A stretch of DNA of 64,000 nt, taken from a virus. The notes beneath the pieces were generated by a model that saw only the letters and a list, made by a program, of their open reading frames with translations, was not told the DNA's origin and did not search any database. The position numbers and the translations under genes were made by a program. Of the stretch, positions 9,418 through 20,168 are shown piece by piece; within the stretch, counting starts at the first letter, position 1, and each line of letters begins with the position of its first letter. Location: the IMG/VR virus record IMGVR_UViG_3300026512_000005, positions 1 to 64,000 of that record. One strand, 5' to 3'.

Positions 9418-10911
9418 GTGGTTAAAGGTAAAATTGTAATATATTGTGATGGTGGTGCTAGACCTAACCCTGGGAAAACTGGCTATGGGGTTCACATGTA
9501 TATGGCTATAGAGCATAAAAAGCCGGTGGCTATTCTAAGTAAATATGCGGTTACTAACAACGGTTATATAAATAAGGTGAACATAAAGACGGATAATTTA
9601 ATCAACAATGAATTACGTTTATTACACCTATTTCCAGAGGATAATAATGAAAATAAAATGATCATACCGATGATGTTAAACAAAGTGGTAGAGTTATACG
9701 GACATAGAGATAATTCATTTACTAATAATACGGCTGAGTTAGATGCCATTATTATGGCTTTAGATAAACTATCACTTTTAGAGTCAGACGATATAGAATG
9801 TAGTGAACTAACCATATTAACGGATAGTACTTATGTATTAGGGTTCATCAAAAAGATACTAACTGATAGACTTGATTTACTGGATGTTAATGTTAACTTA
9901 GAACACCTAGAAGAACTAAGAGAGTTAATAAATGTAGTCGGTAAAGCGTATAAAATAAACATTGGTAAGGTTCCAGCACACGAAGATAATTTAGGTAACA
10001 ACAAAGCCGATATGTTGGCAACATTGGGAGTTATGCTTAATCGTAACAATAAAACGGATACAGTTATACAGCATGTTATGGTAGATACAAAAGATTATTG
10101 GAAAGTACCTAATTTAAATCTGGATAAGTTGTTCTTTAAACAGGTATTCAATTTCTATCCAGATACTAGTTTAACAGACAATGTTATATATGGTATTAAC
10201 TACAAAGATCCTAGTGACATCGGTAAGAAGATTACTAATATAACTTATACGGTTTGTAAACTAAATGAACAACCCACAATACTATTTGATATCATAAAGA
10301 TAATTCGTAGTAAACTAGATAACACTTTTTACCCATACTTAATATTTTTAGATATACTTACCAATAAAAATTTATTAAGAGACTACTTACGATACGGTAA
10401 AGATTTCCTTATAGTTAGTGGTGATGAATTTACAGTTATAAAAACAATCACTGGTTTAGTCTTAGCCAAAGTAATGTATCCAGCGGGACTCAGTAGTATT
10501 GTTATGGATAAGTGTTTACAACTAGACACAGTATTAAGGGAATACCAAACTGATAAATTAATGCCCAACGTAGAAACGTTTGATATAACCGACTTAATAT
10601 ATACCAAAAATAGTAAGAGTAAAGTTATTATAAAACCAGATATAATAAATGACAAATATATTGTTAAGGTACCCTACAGACATAAAAATCCAAACATACG
10701 AGCCTTAACCATACGTGTACGTACTAAACTGGATCTACCAAATAGAAACACCATGAAACGTTTTGAAACTTTAAATCCTAAGGTTATATTAATGGTGACT
10801 GTGTACGACAAACTTGTAGAATATAAAACATTAGTTATACTTAATAATGAGGATTATATATTATCTAGTAATATCTATAGTAATAAGATTATTTTAAAAG
10901 AAAAAAAATAA
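9418..10911 (+). CDS. rnhA: ribonuclease HI with long C-terminal extension (phiKZ gp155-like)
   Basis: YCDGGARPNPG, TNNTAELDA, ILTDSTYV, VPAHEDNLGNNKADMLA. Confidence 0.88.
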   Translation: MVKGKIVIYCDGGARPNPGKTGYGVHMYMAIEHKKPVAILSKYAVTNNGYINKVNIKTDNLINNELRLLHLFPEDNNENKMIIPMMLNKVVELYGHRDNSFTNNTAELDAIIMALDKLSLLESDDIECSELTILTDSTYVLGFIKKILTDRLDLLDVNVNLEHLEELRELINVVGKAYKINIGKVPAHEDNLGNNKADMLATLGVMLNRNNKTDTVIQHVMVDTKDYWKVPNLNLDKLFFKQVFNFYPDTSLTDNVIYGINYKDPSDIGKKITNITYTVCKLNEQPTILFDIIKIIRSKLDNTFYPYLIFLDILTNKNLLRDYLRYGKDFLIVSGDEFTVIKTITGLVLAKVMYPAGLSSIVMDKCLQLDTVLREYQTDKLMPNVETFDITDLIYTKNSKSKVIIKPDIINDKYIVKVPYRHKNPNIRALTIRVRTKLDLPNRNTMKRFETLNPKVILMVTVYDKLVEYKTLVILNNEDYILSSNIYSNKIILKEKK

Positions 10912-10916
10912 GTATG

Positions 10917-10942
10917 GATAAGTAGGAGTAACCCTACTTATC
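10917..10942. terminator. hairpin between convergent genes
   Basis: GATAAGTAGG-agtaac-CCTACTTATC. Confidence 0.6.
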
Positions 10943-10946
10943 TACT

Positions 10947-11960
10947 TTAGTCCTTTTTATTAGTAATAAACTCATAAAGTTCATCCATATCATACGTGAC
11001 CATGGAATGTTTATATAGAAATTCCATAGTATATAACGCCTCTATGATCATTTTACTTTTACGGTGATAACGATGTTTGATATCGTGTAGTGCTCGTACT
11101 GTCAGTGCATCTGTATCGGATAACCTTAATGTATGGTATAGATACGCCAATGTTGATAGTCCTCCAGTAGCATTTAATGGACCAGCAGTAGTATGAATGT
11201 GATCGAACATTAAAGCAACATTTGGTATTATATCCGTTATAAATGTTTTAATAGGATAATTTGCAATAACCGCTATAGACTCTACGTCATTGTTATGTAG
11301 TATCTCACCATTTGAATCCCTGTATACTTCAGTCATTAAAGCTAAGTCGTGCATACCTGTAAAAGTGTCTATATCCACAGAGGGTGACCTATAACCGGTT
11401 AATGGGTCCATATGTAAAGGCGATGATGAGTTTCTAAGATAGCGACTTGATGCTATTGTTTTTACGTCATCAGGATGTTGTGGAATAGGTTCATTTATAC
11501 GATGCGTAAGTCCTGGTACTGCACGTAGTACAGGTTCTCGGACACTACTACGTGGTGAAACACTCAACACCGTTACATACAAGTTGTTAACTTGTCTTAG
11601 AATATTATCATGTGTCAAAAAGGAAACCATATGTGTATATGCTTCATTCGACAGAACTGGCTCATCATAACGCGAGAAAACTATACATTTGTAACTTGTC
11701 TCTAGCATCTCTCTATATGCAATATTGAAGGAATTTAAATCAACTGAAAAAGTAATATCTCTATCTCCATTAGACTGTAAAACTAATTCTACAGTTTGTA
11801 CAATAGGGTCTTGTCGCCTCGATAATTTTCCCATACGATTAAATGTAGTTGTACATCGTGGCATGTTTAACATATTCGGACAAGTTCTAAGTTTATTAAC
11901 TGTGTCTTGATGATCAACTCTACCTACGATGGTTGCGTCTTGTTTTACTTCGTTTAGCAT
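10947..11960 (-). CDS. hypothetical early protein
   Basis: long ORF; ATG at 11960 has AAGGA SD (preferred over TTG at 12008); early promoter upstream. Confidence 0.65.
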   Translation of the reverse strand: MLNEVKQDATIVGRVDHQDTVNKLRTCPNMLNMPRCTTTFNRMGKLSRRQDPIVQTVELVLQSNGDRDITFSVDLNSFNIAYREMLETSYKCIVFSRYDEPVLSNEAYTHMVSFLTHDNILRQVNNLYVTVLSVSPRSSVREPVLRAVPGLTHRINEPIPQHPDDVKTIASSRYLRNSSSPLHMDPLTGYRSPSVDIDTFTGMHDLALMTEVYRDSNGEILHNNDVESIAVIANYPIKTFITDIIPNVALMFDHIHTTAGPLNATGGLSTLAYLYHTLRLSDTDALTVRALHDIKHRYHRKSKMIIEALYTMEFLYKHSMVTYDMDELYEFITNKKD

Positions 11961-12013
11961 AATATAATCCTTTATTGTGTTAGAGGTATCATCTAGGATA
12001 CTTAACAATTATA

Positions 12014-12032
12014 TTTACATTTTAATAATATA
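12014..12032 (-). promoter_or_regulatory. putative early promoter
   Basis: TATATTATTAAAATGTAAA. Confidence 0.7.
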
Positions 12033-12082
12033 CAAGTACAATAATTTAGATTTAATTTGATATTATAAATAAGGATAGTAAT

Positions 12083-12988
12083 ATGAAGAAGATCGCTTTG
12101 TTATTAATTATGACAATTGCATTATATGCATCTATTATAGAGACATATATACCAGAGAGAGCCAAGGTATATTTACCATTGGTTTTAACAGAGATGAACC
12201 TGTATTTACCAGAGTTTAAAGAACCCTATTACATAGGTAGTCTTATTGAACAAGAAAGCTGTGTAGCTTTAAAAGGTAAGGGTTACTGGGCACGTAGATG
12301 CTGGAGTCCTATATCTGAATTAAAAACAGATAGAGAACAAGGTGTAGGTTTTGGACAGATAACCAGAGCTTGGAAAAAGAATGGTAGTATTAGGTTTGAT
12401 ACACTCAGACATCTTAAGAAGAAATATCCTAAAGAATTAAAAGAATTAAATTGGGATAATATTAAGAAGAAACCAGAATTACAGATACGTGCTATGGTTT
12501 TATTATGGCGTGATAACTATTTATATTTTAAGAAAGATTTACCGGAAGAAACAAAAATAGCATTAGCTAACTCTATGTACAACGGTGGTCTAAAATACTT
12601 ATTAAGAGAACGGAAAGAATGTGGTTTGCGTAAGGACTGTGACGCTACTAAATGGTTCGGTAATATAGAACTCGTAAAATCGGCTAGGGCTAAGCGTAAG
12701 TTATATGGCAATAGATCGGCTTGGGACATAAACCGTGACCACTCTAAGAAGATTATTTTAATCCGTGGTCCTAAGTATCGTGAGTGGTTTATAAAATATA
12801 GTGAGCTTAATAAACCAATTACCAATGACAAGGTAAAGGCGAAAGTGAAAACTAAGGTCCCTACTAAACTTGAAGTAATAGATGTCAATGATAGTATTGC
12901 GCAATTAGACAAAAACGCTAGTGTTATGAAGACTCCCGACGATATTATAGAACGGGGACTGTTGTATATATTAAGATTTTTTATTTAA
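12083..12988 (+). CDS. lytic transglycosylase (SLT family), probable signal-peptide endolysin
   Basis: catalytic IEQES, GFGQIT, MYNGG motifs; N-terminal signal peptide MKKIALLLIMTIALYA. Confidence 0.8.
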   Translation: MKKIALLLIMTIALYASIIETYIPERAKVYLPLVLTEMNLYLPEFKEPYYIGSLIEQESCVALKGKGYWARRCWSPISELKTDREQGVGFGQITRAWKKNGSIRFDTLRHLKKKYPKELKELNWDNIKKKPELQIRAMVLLWRDNYLYFKKDLPEETKIALANSMYNGGLKYLLRERKECGLRKDCDATKWFGNIELVKSARAKRKLYGNRSAWDINRDHSKKIILIRGPKYREWFIKYSELNKPITNDKVKAKVKTKVPTKLEVIDVNDSIAQLDKNASVMKTPDDIIERGLLYILRFFI

Positions 12989-13017
12989 ACTATAGTAGAC
13001 TCGAGTCTACTATAGTT
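12988..13017. terminator. 30-bp perfect palindrome between convergent genes
   Basis: AACTATAGTAGACTCGAGTCTACTATAGTT. Confidence 0.7.
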
Positions 13018-13984
13018 CATGTTTAAGTTTGTTTATTATATTATTCAGTAGTGGATATTCAAATATTTCAGTGAACTGTAGTTTATCTTTAAGTCCAACT
13101 ATAGTTAACCTAGTTATTTCAACATCTGAAAAATCTTCCATCCTATTAAGAATTGGGAAATCTTCTTTTAAATCATCCAATTTTACATCTGTGAATTCAT
13201 TATCTATAATGTTACGAATGTTACTATAACACATAGAGACCTGTTTATAATTGGTTAACCTTATACGTTTACATTCCTTACGTACTTTCCATACCATATC
13301 ACGTACATGACTATGTTTAATACTATTCATGGGTTTATTAAATAAGTCATGTAAGAACTGTTCATCTATCCATATGTTCTTAAACGTAAACTTATTAGTA
13401 AAGTAGTCGTCATACCCACTTATATGTTCTAACATGGTCTTGACATAGATAGTAGGTACTTCTATATGTAAATATCTAAGTTGTTGTATTTCGTCAGGGA
13501 CGATATCTTTTAGATACTTATACTCAATACCCATCTTATAAAGATAAAATAACCTAGTATGTAATATATAACACTTATTACTAATACATTCACCACTAAA
13601 GTATTTATAATCAGGATTGTCATCGGTATATAACACTTGGCTACTATTAGTGTTATTGATACACCGTTCATATAAATCAGGCTGTATCTCAATAACTTCT
13701 TTATTTAGGAAAAGGTAAACATTACCAGCGACTACATTAACTTTAATAGTTATGGGTATACTTCTCAGAATATCAAGATTAGTTTTAAAACTCATGTCTA
13801 AAGAATCCCCTATATTTAGAGGATTCTTAGACATAAACGACTCTAGTATTTTATCAACTTTTGTTTCATCTAACTGTATCGAGTAATAAAGTTTATCCAA
13901 TAGATTTTCTATAGTAGGACTTTTGTAATCGTACAGTATATCACTTACAGATAGAGAAACATTTGTGTTTATAACTAGAGACAT
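13010..13984 (-). CDS. hypothetical protein
   Basis: 324-aa ORF, no motif recognised. Confidence 0.65.
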   Translation of the reverse strand: MSLVINTNVSLSVSDILYDYKSPTIENLLDKLYYSIQLDETKVDKILESFMSKNPLNIGDSLDMSFKTNLDILRSIPITIKVNVVAGNVYLFLNKEVIEIQPDLYERCINNTNSSQVLYTDDNPDYKYFSGECISNKCYILHTRLFYLYKMGIEYKYLKDIVPDEIQQLRYLHIEVPTIYVKTMLEHISGYDDYFTNKFTFKNIWIDEQFLHDLFNKPMNSIKHSHVRDMVWKVRKECKRIRLTNYKQVSMCYSNIRNIIDNEFTDVKLDDLKEDFPILNRMEDFSDVEITRLTIVGLKDKLQFTEIFEYPLLNNIINKLKHEL

Positions 13985-13986
13985 AG

Positions 13987-14364
13987 TTATCCCATATTAT
14001 AAGAAATGATAGATGCGGCAATTATAAAACTGTATCCTAGTAGACGAATACTCTTAGCTATCATTACAGAACTGGCTCCCTGACTTGTTTCACACGCCCT
14101 ATCGCGTAACGATCTCTCCCTACCGTATATACCATCTACAATAAAATCCGGTAATACTTCCATCATGATTATCGACATAAGGCTGATTACAAAAATATTA
14201 AGCGTTAATATTAAACCAGAACCAAATGGTAAATCCTGAAATATTTTAGTATCCGGGTCAGTAGCTAAATAATACACCACAAACAATACTACGATAAGTA
14301 GACCAGTTAATCTACGTTTCGTTTCCATAGTAAAGATATTCTTTACCTCATCACGTTGTTTCAT
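13987..14364 (-). CDS. three-TM membrane protein, putative holin
   Basis: three hydrophobic segments in 125 aa, near the SLT gene. Confidence 0.5.
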   Translation of the reverse strand: MKQRDEVKNIFTMETKRRLTGLLIVVLFVVYYLATDPDTKIFQDLPFGSGLILTLNIFVISLMSIIMMEVLPDFIVDGIYGRERSLRDRACETSQGASSVMIAKSIRLLGYSFIIAASIISYNMG

Positions 14365-14490
14365 ACGACACTCCTTTTATGTGTTCAATGAATATGAAAG
14401 TTTACTTAGTTATAGATTTTATAAACTAACATCTAATTTGAAATCTACAGTATTTTATAGTAGAAAATAATGGTATAAAAAAGGTTTAGA

Positions 14491-16758
14491 ATGTATGTGA
14501 TAAAACGAAATGGTAAGCGTGAACTACGTGATGATAGTAAGATTAAAAAACAAATAACATTTGGTGTTAAAGGTACAAGTATAACTCCTTTAGAGTTTGA
14601 AAATAAGGTAAGAGTTAATTTCGTTAATGATATTAAAACAACGGATTTACAAAATATACTTATCAAGACTGCTGAGAAAGAAGCTAGTGCTGAGAAACCC
14701 GATTGGATTAAAGTAGCTGGTCGCGTCGGTATGTGGGAAATATACGGTGAAGTATTTAAACGTGTCAATTTTAATACGGATGATTGGATCAATCATATAA
14801 AGTTTATGGTTGATTCCGGATATTATAAACCAGAGGTATTAGATAAGATAGCTGCCTTTAATGTTGTAACATCTGATATAGATATTGGGGTTATCACCAA
14901 TCATGGTCCAGATAACCTAGATTTTAATTGTGTGACATCCACTGCTCGTAGTTTCAAAAGTAAATATATAATCAAGGATAGTAACAACGAACTGCTAGAG
15001 TACCCATTCCTGATTTATATAGTAAACTCATTATTATTAGCAGATACTAAAGAAGAATTTCTTAGATACTACGGTAGATTTGCTAGAGGTGAACTGAGTC
15101 TCGGCACACCATTCTTAAATAACTTAAGAAAGCCGAATGGTAACGTTGGTTCTTGTTATATAGGTACTAATATAAATTCATTAGTAGGTCTAATGAAATC
15201 TTGGACAGATATGAGTATTATCAGTAAGGAAGGTGGTGGTATCGGATGGTACGTTGGCTATATGAGTGTCAGTGGTGCTAAGCATAAAAAGGTTAAGAAG
15301 GCTAATGATAAAGTGAAGTGGCATAAAATAGTTGATGATATAGCAGAGAGTGTTGACCAAGCTGGTTCAAGAGCGGCGGCTATTACATTAGCAGATGATT
15401 GGTGGCAAAAAGATATATATTCATTCTTAGATATGCGATTAGAAACATCTGGTGATTTACGTGGTAAATGTTTTAATATATTTCCACAGGCTGTTATAGA
15501 TAAATATTTCGTAGAAAAGGTTGAAGCCGATGAAGATGTCTATTTATTCGACCATCATGAATTTAAACAGATAACTGGTATTGTAATACAAACACTTATA
15601 GATGATAAGCTTTATAGAGCCTTAGATTTAGCTAATGAACTTTGCCGCATGGGTAAAATGAAGAACCACAAGAAAGTTAACGCTTTTGATCTGTGGCTAA
15701 AGATATTAACTGCTTGGTTAGAAATAGGCGGTTTCTACATAACACATAAAGATAATATAAACATTAGCAACTATTTAAAATATGATGATAAAGATTATGC
15801 GGTAACAAATTGTACCAATCTGTGTATAGAGAGTTTCAGTATAGTCAGACCTGCTCGTAACTGGACAGATGTTATTACCAATGGTAAGCGTACAACGACT
15901 CATACAGATGGGCTATCGCATAGTTGCAATCTGATTAGTATTAATGTTAGAGAGCTTATAGAGAAAGATGATGAGTATATTGCACAAGTATGTAGTGATG
16001 CCGTTAATATGTTAACTCGCAGTATTAGACTTGGCACTAACCCAACATTAGAGGGAGCTACAACCGCCAAGTTACTACAGAACATAGGTATAGGTACTAT
16101 AGGTTTCCCTGATTATATGGCATACTACAGAGAACTATATGATACTGAGTCCGGTAGAAAACTTGGTACTAAATTACAAGAGAAATTAACTTATTATTCT
16201 TATAGGGCTAGTATCGAGTTAGCTAAGAAAGAAGGTAGTTATCCATTATTTAAGAAAGAAAATTACGATAGGCTGATTGGTAAAACAACAACTGAACTTA
16301 ACAATATATCGAAATGGACTGGTAACAATTACGATTGGGAAGAATTAAGACAGGATATACTAACACATGGTATAGCTAACTTTTATCTTATGGCTACAGC
16401 ACCTAATACAAGTACCGGTTTATTAATGGGTGTTGGTGCTAGTTACTTGCCTGTATTCGGTAAGTTTAACTATGAAGAAACTAAAGATGAAATAATACCA
16501 GTTTCAGCAGTATTTCTAAATGAACGTTATTGGTTTTATAAAACAAGATATCAATATGACCCAGTTGATATTGTTACATTTACTAAGCACTTGCAAGACT
16601 TTATAGATACTGGTATAAGTATGGAGATTAACATAGATATTGAAACAACTGATATATTTAAACTATCAGAAGCATTCCTAAATGGTTTCAAAGAAGGTCG
16701 TCTAAAGGGCGTGTATTATAATAGCAGTGCTGTAGTGTGCAGCGATTGTGCAAATTAG
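14491..16758 (+). CDS. nrdA: ribonucleoside-diphosphate reductase class Ia alpha subunit
   Basis: ATP cone (VIKRNG), GSCY, TNLCIE, SCNL, APNTSTG, KGVYY, C-terminal CSDCAN. Confidence 0.95.
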   Translation: MYVIKRNGKRELRDDSKIKKQITFGVKGTSITPLEFENKVRVNFVNDIKTTDLQNILIKTAEKEASAEKPDWIKVAGRVGMWEIYGEVFKRVNFNTDDWINHIKFMVDSGYYKPEVLDKIAAFNVVTSDIDIGVITNHGPDNLDFNCVTSTARSFKSKYIIKDSNNELLEYPFLIYIVNSLLLADTKEEFLRYYGRFARGELSLGTPFLNNLRKPNGNVGSCYIGTNINSLVGLMKSWTDMSIISKEGGGIGWYVGYMSVSGAKHKKVKKANDKVKWHKIVDDIAESVDQAGSRAAAITLADDWWQKDIYSFLDMRLETSGDLRGKCFNIFPQAVIDKYFVEKVEADEDVYLFDHHEFKQITGIVIQTLIDDKLYRALDLANELCRMGKMKNHKKVNAFDLWLKILTAWLEIGGFYITHKDNINISNYLKYDDKDYAVTNCTNLCIESFSIVRPARNWTDVITNGKRTTTHTDGLSHSCNLISINVRELIEKDDEYIAQVCSDAVNMLTRSIRLGTNPTLEGATTAKLLQNIGIGTIGFPDYMAYYRELYDTESGRKLGTKLQEKLTYYSYRASIELAKKEGSYPLFKKENYDRLIGKTTTELNNISKWTGNNYDWEELRQDILTHGIANFYLMATAPNTSTGLLMGVGASYLPVFGKFNYEETKDEIIPVSAVFLNERYWFYKTRYQYDPVDIVTFTKHLQDFIDTGISMEINIDIETTDIFKLSEAFLNGFKEGRLKGVYYNSSAVVCSDCAN

Positions 16759-16780
16759 CAATAAGAAAAAAAGGAAAATA

Positions 16781-17944
16781 ATGTCTTTAACAAAACAAAA
16801 ATTATATAACCCAGAGGGTGATGATAGTGATAAACGTTTAATCAGCGGTAATCCCACTGGTATCATAAATCTTGCTGATATTAGTAAACCTATATATCTT
16901 AAACTATTTAAGACTTCTTTCTCTAACAACTGGATACCGGAGACAGTTAGTAATATGAGTCGAGATAAGATTGATTATGAAAACGTACTATCTATTAGTG
17001 AGCGCGAGGTATATGATGACTTATTATCATTCCTTACTTTTATGGATAGTTTACAAACTAAGAATCTACCTAACATAGGTAAATTTATTACATTAGCAGA
17101 TGCTCTATTAATGATTAATAGACAAACATTTGATGAAAATTTACATGCTTATAGTTACGGTTATACACTACAGAATGTAATGGATAAAGATGCTTTTAAC
17201 AAATTAATCTATAGATGGCGTGATAACAAAGTACTCAGGGAGCGTAATGAATATATAGCCAACATTTATGAGGAGAATAAAGACAAAGATACTAAAAGAG
17301 CATTTTTGATATTACTCATCGCTAATTATATCCTAGAGGGCGTATATTTTTACACTGGTTTTAACTTCTTTCATAATTTAGCTTATCGTGGTTTAATGAA
17401 AGCTACTAACACCCAGATTAAATATATAAAGAGAGATGAACTAGTTCACTGTACGTTCTTCAAGAATCTTATAGAACAATTTAAAGAGGAGAATCCAGAT
17501 GATTGGGATGAAGACCTTGTTTATGATATGTTTAAAGAGGCTGTAGCTAAAGATTTAGAGTTTAACCTGATAACTATAGGTGACAAAGTTATGGGTATGA
17601 ATAAACAAAGTATAGAAGACTATACATACTTTAATGCTAATAAAAGATTAGAGGATATAAAACTTATCCGTATATTTAAAGAAACTGAGAATCCGTACAA
17701 GCATCTAGATATGATAGCTAGTATAGAAGATGAAACAACCACCAAGTCTGGTAGTTTTGAGGTTACAAGTATAGCTTATAAACAAGCTAATGCTTTTAAA
17801 GGATGGACTGGCTTTGAAGTAAAACGTTTACATAAACGATTAGAAAAAGAAACTAATCCAGAAGAGATAAGACTTATCAAGTTAGAAATAGAAGCTCAAA
17901 CAGAGTTGTATGAAAACGAGTTTAATAAGACAGATACTATTTAA
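16781..17944 (+). CDS. nrdB: ribonucleoside-diphosphate reductase beta subunit
   Basis: FMDSLQ, ENLHAYSY (radical Tyr), LEGVYFY, RDELVH; ATG 16781 follows AAGGA. Confidence 0.95.
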   Translation: MSLTKQKLYNPEGDDSDKRLISGNPTGIINLADISKPIYLKLFKTSFSNNWIPETVSNMSRDKIDYENVLSISEREVYDDLLSFLTFMDSLQTKNLPNIGKFITLADALLMINRQTFDENLHAYSYGYTLQNVMDKDAFNKLIYRWRDNKVLRERNEYIANIYEENKDKDTKRAFLILLIANYILEGVYFYTGFNFFHNLAYRGLMKATNTQIKYIKRDELVHCTFFKNLIEQFKEENPDDWDEDLVYDMFKEAVAKDLEFNLITIGDKVMGMNKQSIEDYTYFNANKRLEDIKLIRIFKETENPYKHLDMIASIEDETTTKSGSFEVTSIAYKQANAFKGWTGFEVKRLHKRLEKETNPEEIRLIKLEIEAQTELYENEFNKTDTI

Positions 17945-17957
17945 TAAGGTTAACGAT

Positions 17958-18185
17958 ATGAGTAAAACTTATTTAGAAAAGCAGGAAGAGCTACGGGAGC
18001 AGTATAAAGAAGACTATATAATGGAGGTATATAGTCTTATAGAGCAACATGTAATTGATAAACATTTAATAAATGGTATAGTCGATATAGAATGGTTAAA
18101 CACTACTGATTATGAACCACGTGTTAAAAATATAGTTAGACGTCTTACAAAACAAATAAAAAAGAAACTGAACACTCTAGTATAG
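17958..18185 (+). CDS. hypothetical protein
   Basis: ATG at 17958 with TAAGGT SD. Confidence 0.55.
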   Translation: MSKTYLEKQEELREQYKEDYIMEVYSLIEQHVIDKHLINGIVDIEWLNTTDYEPRVKNIVRRLTKQIKKKLNTLV

Positions 18186-18203
18186 GATTACTCCTATACT
18201 AGA
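18176..18203. terminator. hairpin between convergent genes
   Basis: TCTAGTATAGGA-ttac-TCCTATACTAGA. Confidence 0.65.
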
Positions 18204-18205
18204 CA

Positions 18206-18760
18206 TTAGTCTAAACCGTCGTGTAATAAAACCTCTTTGTAATCTAGATATTCTTCACCATATTCTAACACGTAACCACAGTCTTCTAATATTTTAGATA
18301 GTTGCATCTCAACAATTACATCGTTCTGATAAGTGACTTCAGAAAACATATCAGTGGGCTTGCCTTTAGCCTTACGAATATCTATAGTGCGTATATCAAA
18401 CTCATTATACCAGATTATATCCCCATGTTTATAAAATAGGGATAATATACGTAACATAGAATACATACTATCGTCATTGTTTTTTGTACCGAAACATAGG
18501 TCTAGTTTAACATTACATAAGTCTGTTAAGTCTATATTAAATTTTAAACCTTCTTTAAAGTTATTTGTAACAAGTATATATTTATCCTTAACTTCTATGC
18601 CATCTATCACTACTGTACTTTCATCTGTAGTATTAGTTGGTAGTTTGCATGAAGTAGAATTACTTTCGTTATCTGCCTTCTCCAATACGCTAACCAAGGT
18701 ATTTTGTGTGGATAAGTCGAATACACAGTTTCGTAATCTACATTGATAATAAACACTCAT
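18206..18760 (-). CDS. hypothetical protein
   Basis: 184-aa ORF with SD. Confidence 0.6.
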   Translation of the reverse strand: MSVYYQCRLRNCVFDLSTQNTLVSVLEKADNESNSTSCKLPTNTTDESTVVIDGIEVKDKYILVTNNFKEGLKFNIDLTDLCNVKLDLCFGTKNNDDSMYSMLRILSLFYKHGDIIWYNEFDIRTIDIRKAKGKPTDMFSEVTYQNDVIVEMQLSKILEDCGYVLEYGEEYLDYKEVLLHDGLD

Positions 18761-18803
18761 ATATATCCTTTTAATATATTTGTAATACTACATAGGAATA
18801 TTT

Positions 18804-19028
18804 CTATGTATCATCTTTATATTTAGTTATTAGCCCTAAAAGCTCATCTACTAACTCTAGTCTACGTTCGTTAGTAACTACAACGTTTTCAACGTAGATA
18901 TGTATTTTATATTTACTTGTACTGTATTTAACATAACCTGTCCAATAATAACTACAAAAATGTACGATCGTATTAACTACGGCTGTACGATTTTTATATC
19001 CCTTTAAAGGTATTGTTATCTTTGTCAT
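18804..19028 (-). CDS. hypothetical protein
   Basis: 74-aa ORF with AAGGA SD. Confidence 0.5.
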   Translation of the reverse strand: MTKITIPLKGYKNRTAVVNTIVHFCSYYWTGYVKYSTSKYKIHIYVENVVVTNERRLELVDELLGLITKYKDDT

Positions 19029-19092
19029 AAAAGTGATCCTTAATCATAAACCTCATGGATGCATTGTTGCACCCATGAAGTAAGAAATATGT

Positions 19093-19554
19093 TTACTGCA
19101 CAGAACAATTATCCGTGTCTGGAGAGTTTTCTGTATTAGAATTTTCAGTAGTCTCAACATCTGGCGATACTTTCATACCAACCTCTTCCATCTCAGATGA
19201 TGTTTTCTCAGCAGCGATCTGTTGTTTAACTATATCAACATCTGGTAATAATTGAGTTACCTTTTTAAGATTAGTCACCATATCCTCAACAAGAACAAAC
19301 TCATTAACAAATACGGTTTGTTTTTGTTCACCCATTTGTTTACTAATATTGATTGTCAACTTCGTTACAGGTTCAAGACTCGGTAAGTTATCCGCGTCTA
19401 ACTCTTTAAAATCAACTACAGATTCATTATCAGTTATAATGATAGTCATACTAGTTGCATCTTTATCCTCACCAACTGCTTCTAAAAAAGTGTTCACTTC
19501 TTTAACCACGGCCAGTTTTAATGTAGTCATCTCTTCATGTGTAATAATATTCAT
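19093..19554 (-). CDS. hypothetical acidic protein
   Basis: 153-aa ORF, AAGGAAG SD, degenerate early promoter at 19597-19615. Confidence 0.6.
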   Translation of the reverse strand: MNIITHEEMTTLKLAVVKEVNTFLEAVGEDKDATSMTIIITDNESVVDFKELDADNLPSLEPVTKLTINISKQMGEQKQTVFVNEFVLVEDMVTNLKKVTQLLPDVDIVKQQIAAEKTSSEMEEVGMKVSPDVETTENSNTENSPDTDNCSVQ

Positions 19555-19635
19555 ATTACTTCCTTATATTTTTACGTAACTATAATAACATTATAATTAT
19601 CATATAAATAATATACGTGTAAAAAAGTTTACAAG

Positions 19636-20115
19636 TTAAGTTGTAACCCCTAACATACGTGCTAACTTATTAGGTGATATAGACGAAGGTTCTATTCTCC
19701 AGAATACTTCATTACCATCTATCTTGAGACAATTGGCGGCTACCTCAGAACAGAACCAGCTATCACTTCTATCCTTAGTAGGTAATAGGAAACCTAATAT
19801 ACCTGCAAAATCATATTTTAAACCTTTAATAGATTCAAGAAACTTTTTAATACGTTCTAAATCATTGACCTCAATTGTTGTATAAACCCATTTGTCATTA
19901 TCAGGTATATGCTCAGTTACAATAACCTTATGTTTAGATGGTGATGCTTCCCATTGTTCGACTATACCTATATCATTTGTAAATAATACAGCGGTATGAC
20001 TAAAAACGCCCTTCGTATACCATGCAATGCATTTACTTAATAAAGTTGCTTCCTTATTGTTATCGTCGAACGCTTTAAAAAAGGCTATTGTTATACATTG
20101 TTTTTTCGTAGACAT
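19636..20115 (-). CDS. permuted papain-like NlpC/P60 (YiiX/YebB-like) enzyme
   Basis: His before Cys: FSHTAVLF ... GLKYD ... WFCSEVAA ... ISPNKL. Confidence 0.75.
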   Translation of the reverse strand: MSTKKQCITIAFFKAFDDNNKEATLLSKCIAWYTKGVFSHTAVLFTNDIGIVEQWEASPSKHKVIVTEHIPDNDKWVYTTIEVNDLERIKKFLESIKGLKYDFAGILGFLLPTKDRSDSWFCSEVAANCLKIDGNEVFWRIEPSSISPNKLARMLGVTT

Positions 20116-20168
20116 TATTAAATCCTTATTATTTAATTCTCAAATAAAAAAAAAAGACGCAAAGAGAT

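Noticed and set aside
16748-16780. GTG start extending NrdB
   Set aside because: ATG at 16781 has a proper SD and matches the family N-terminus
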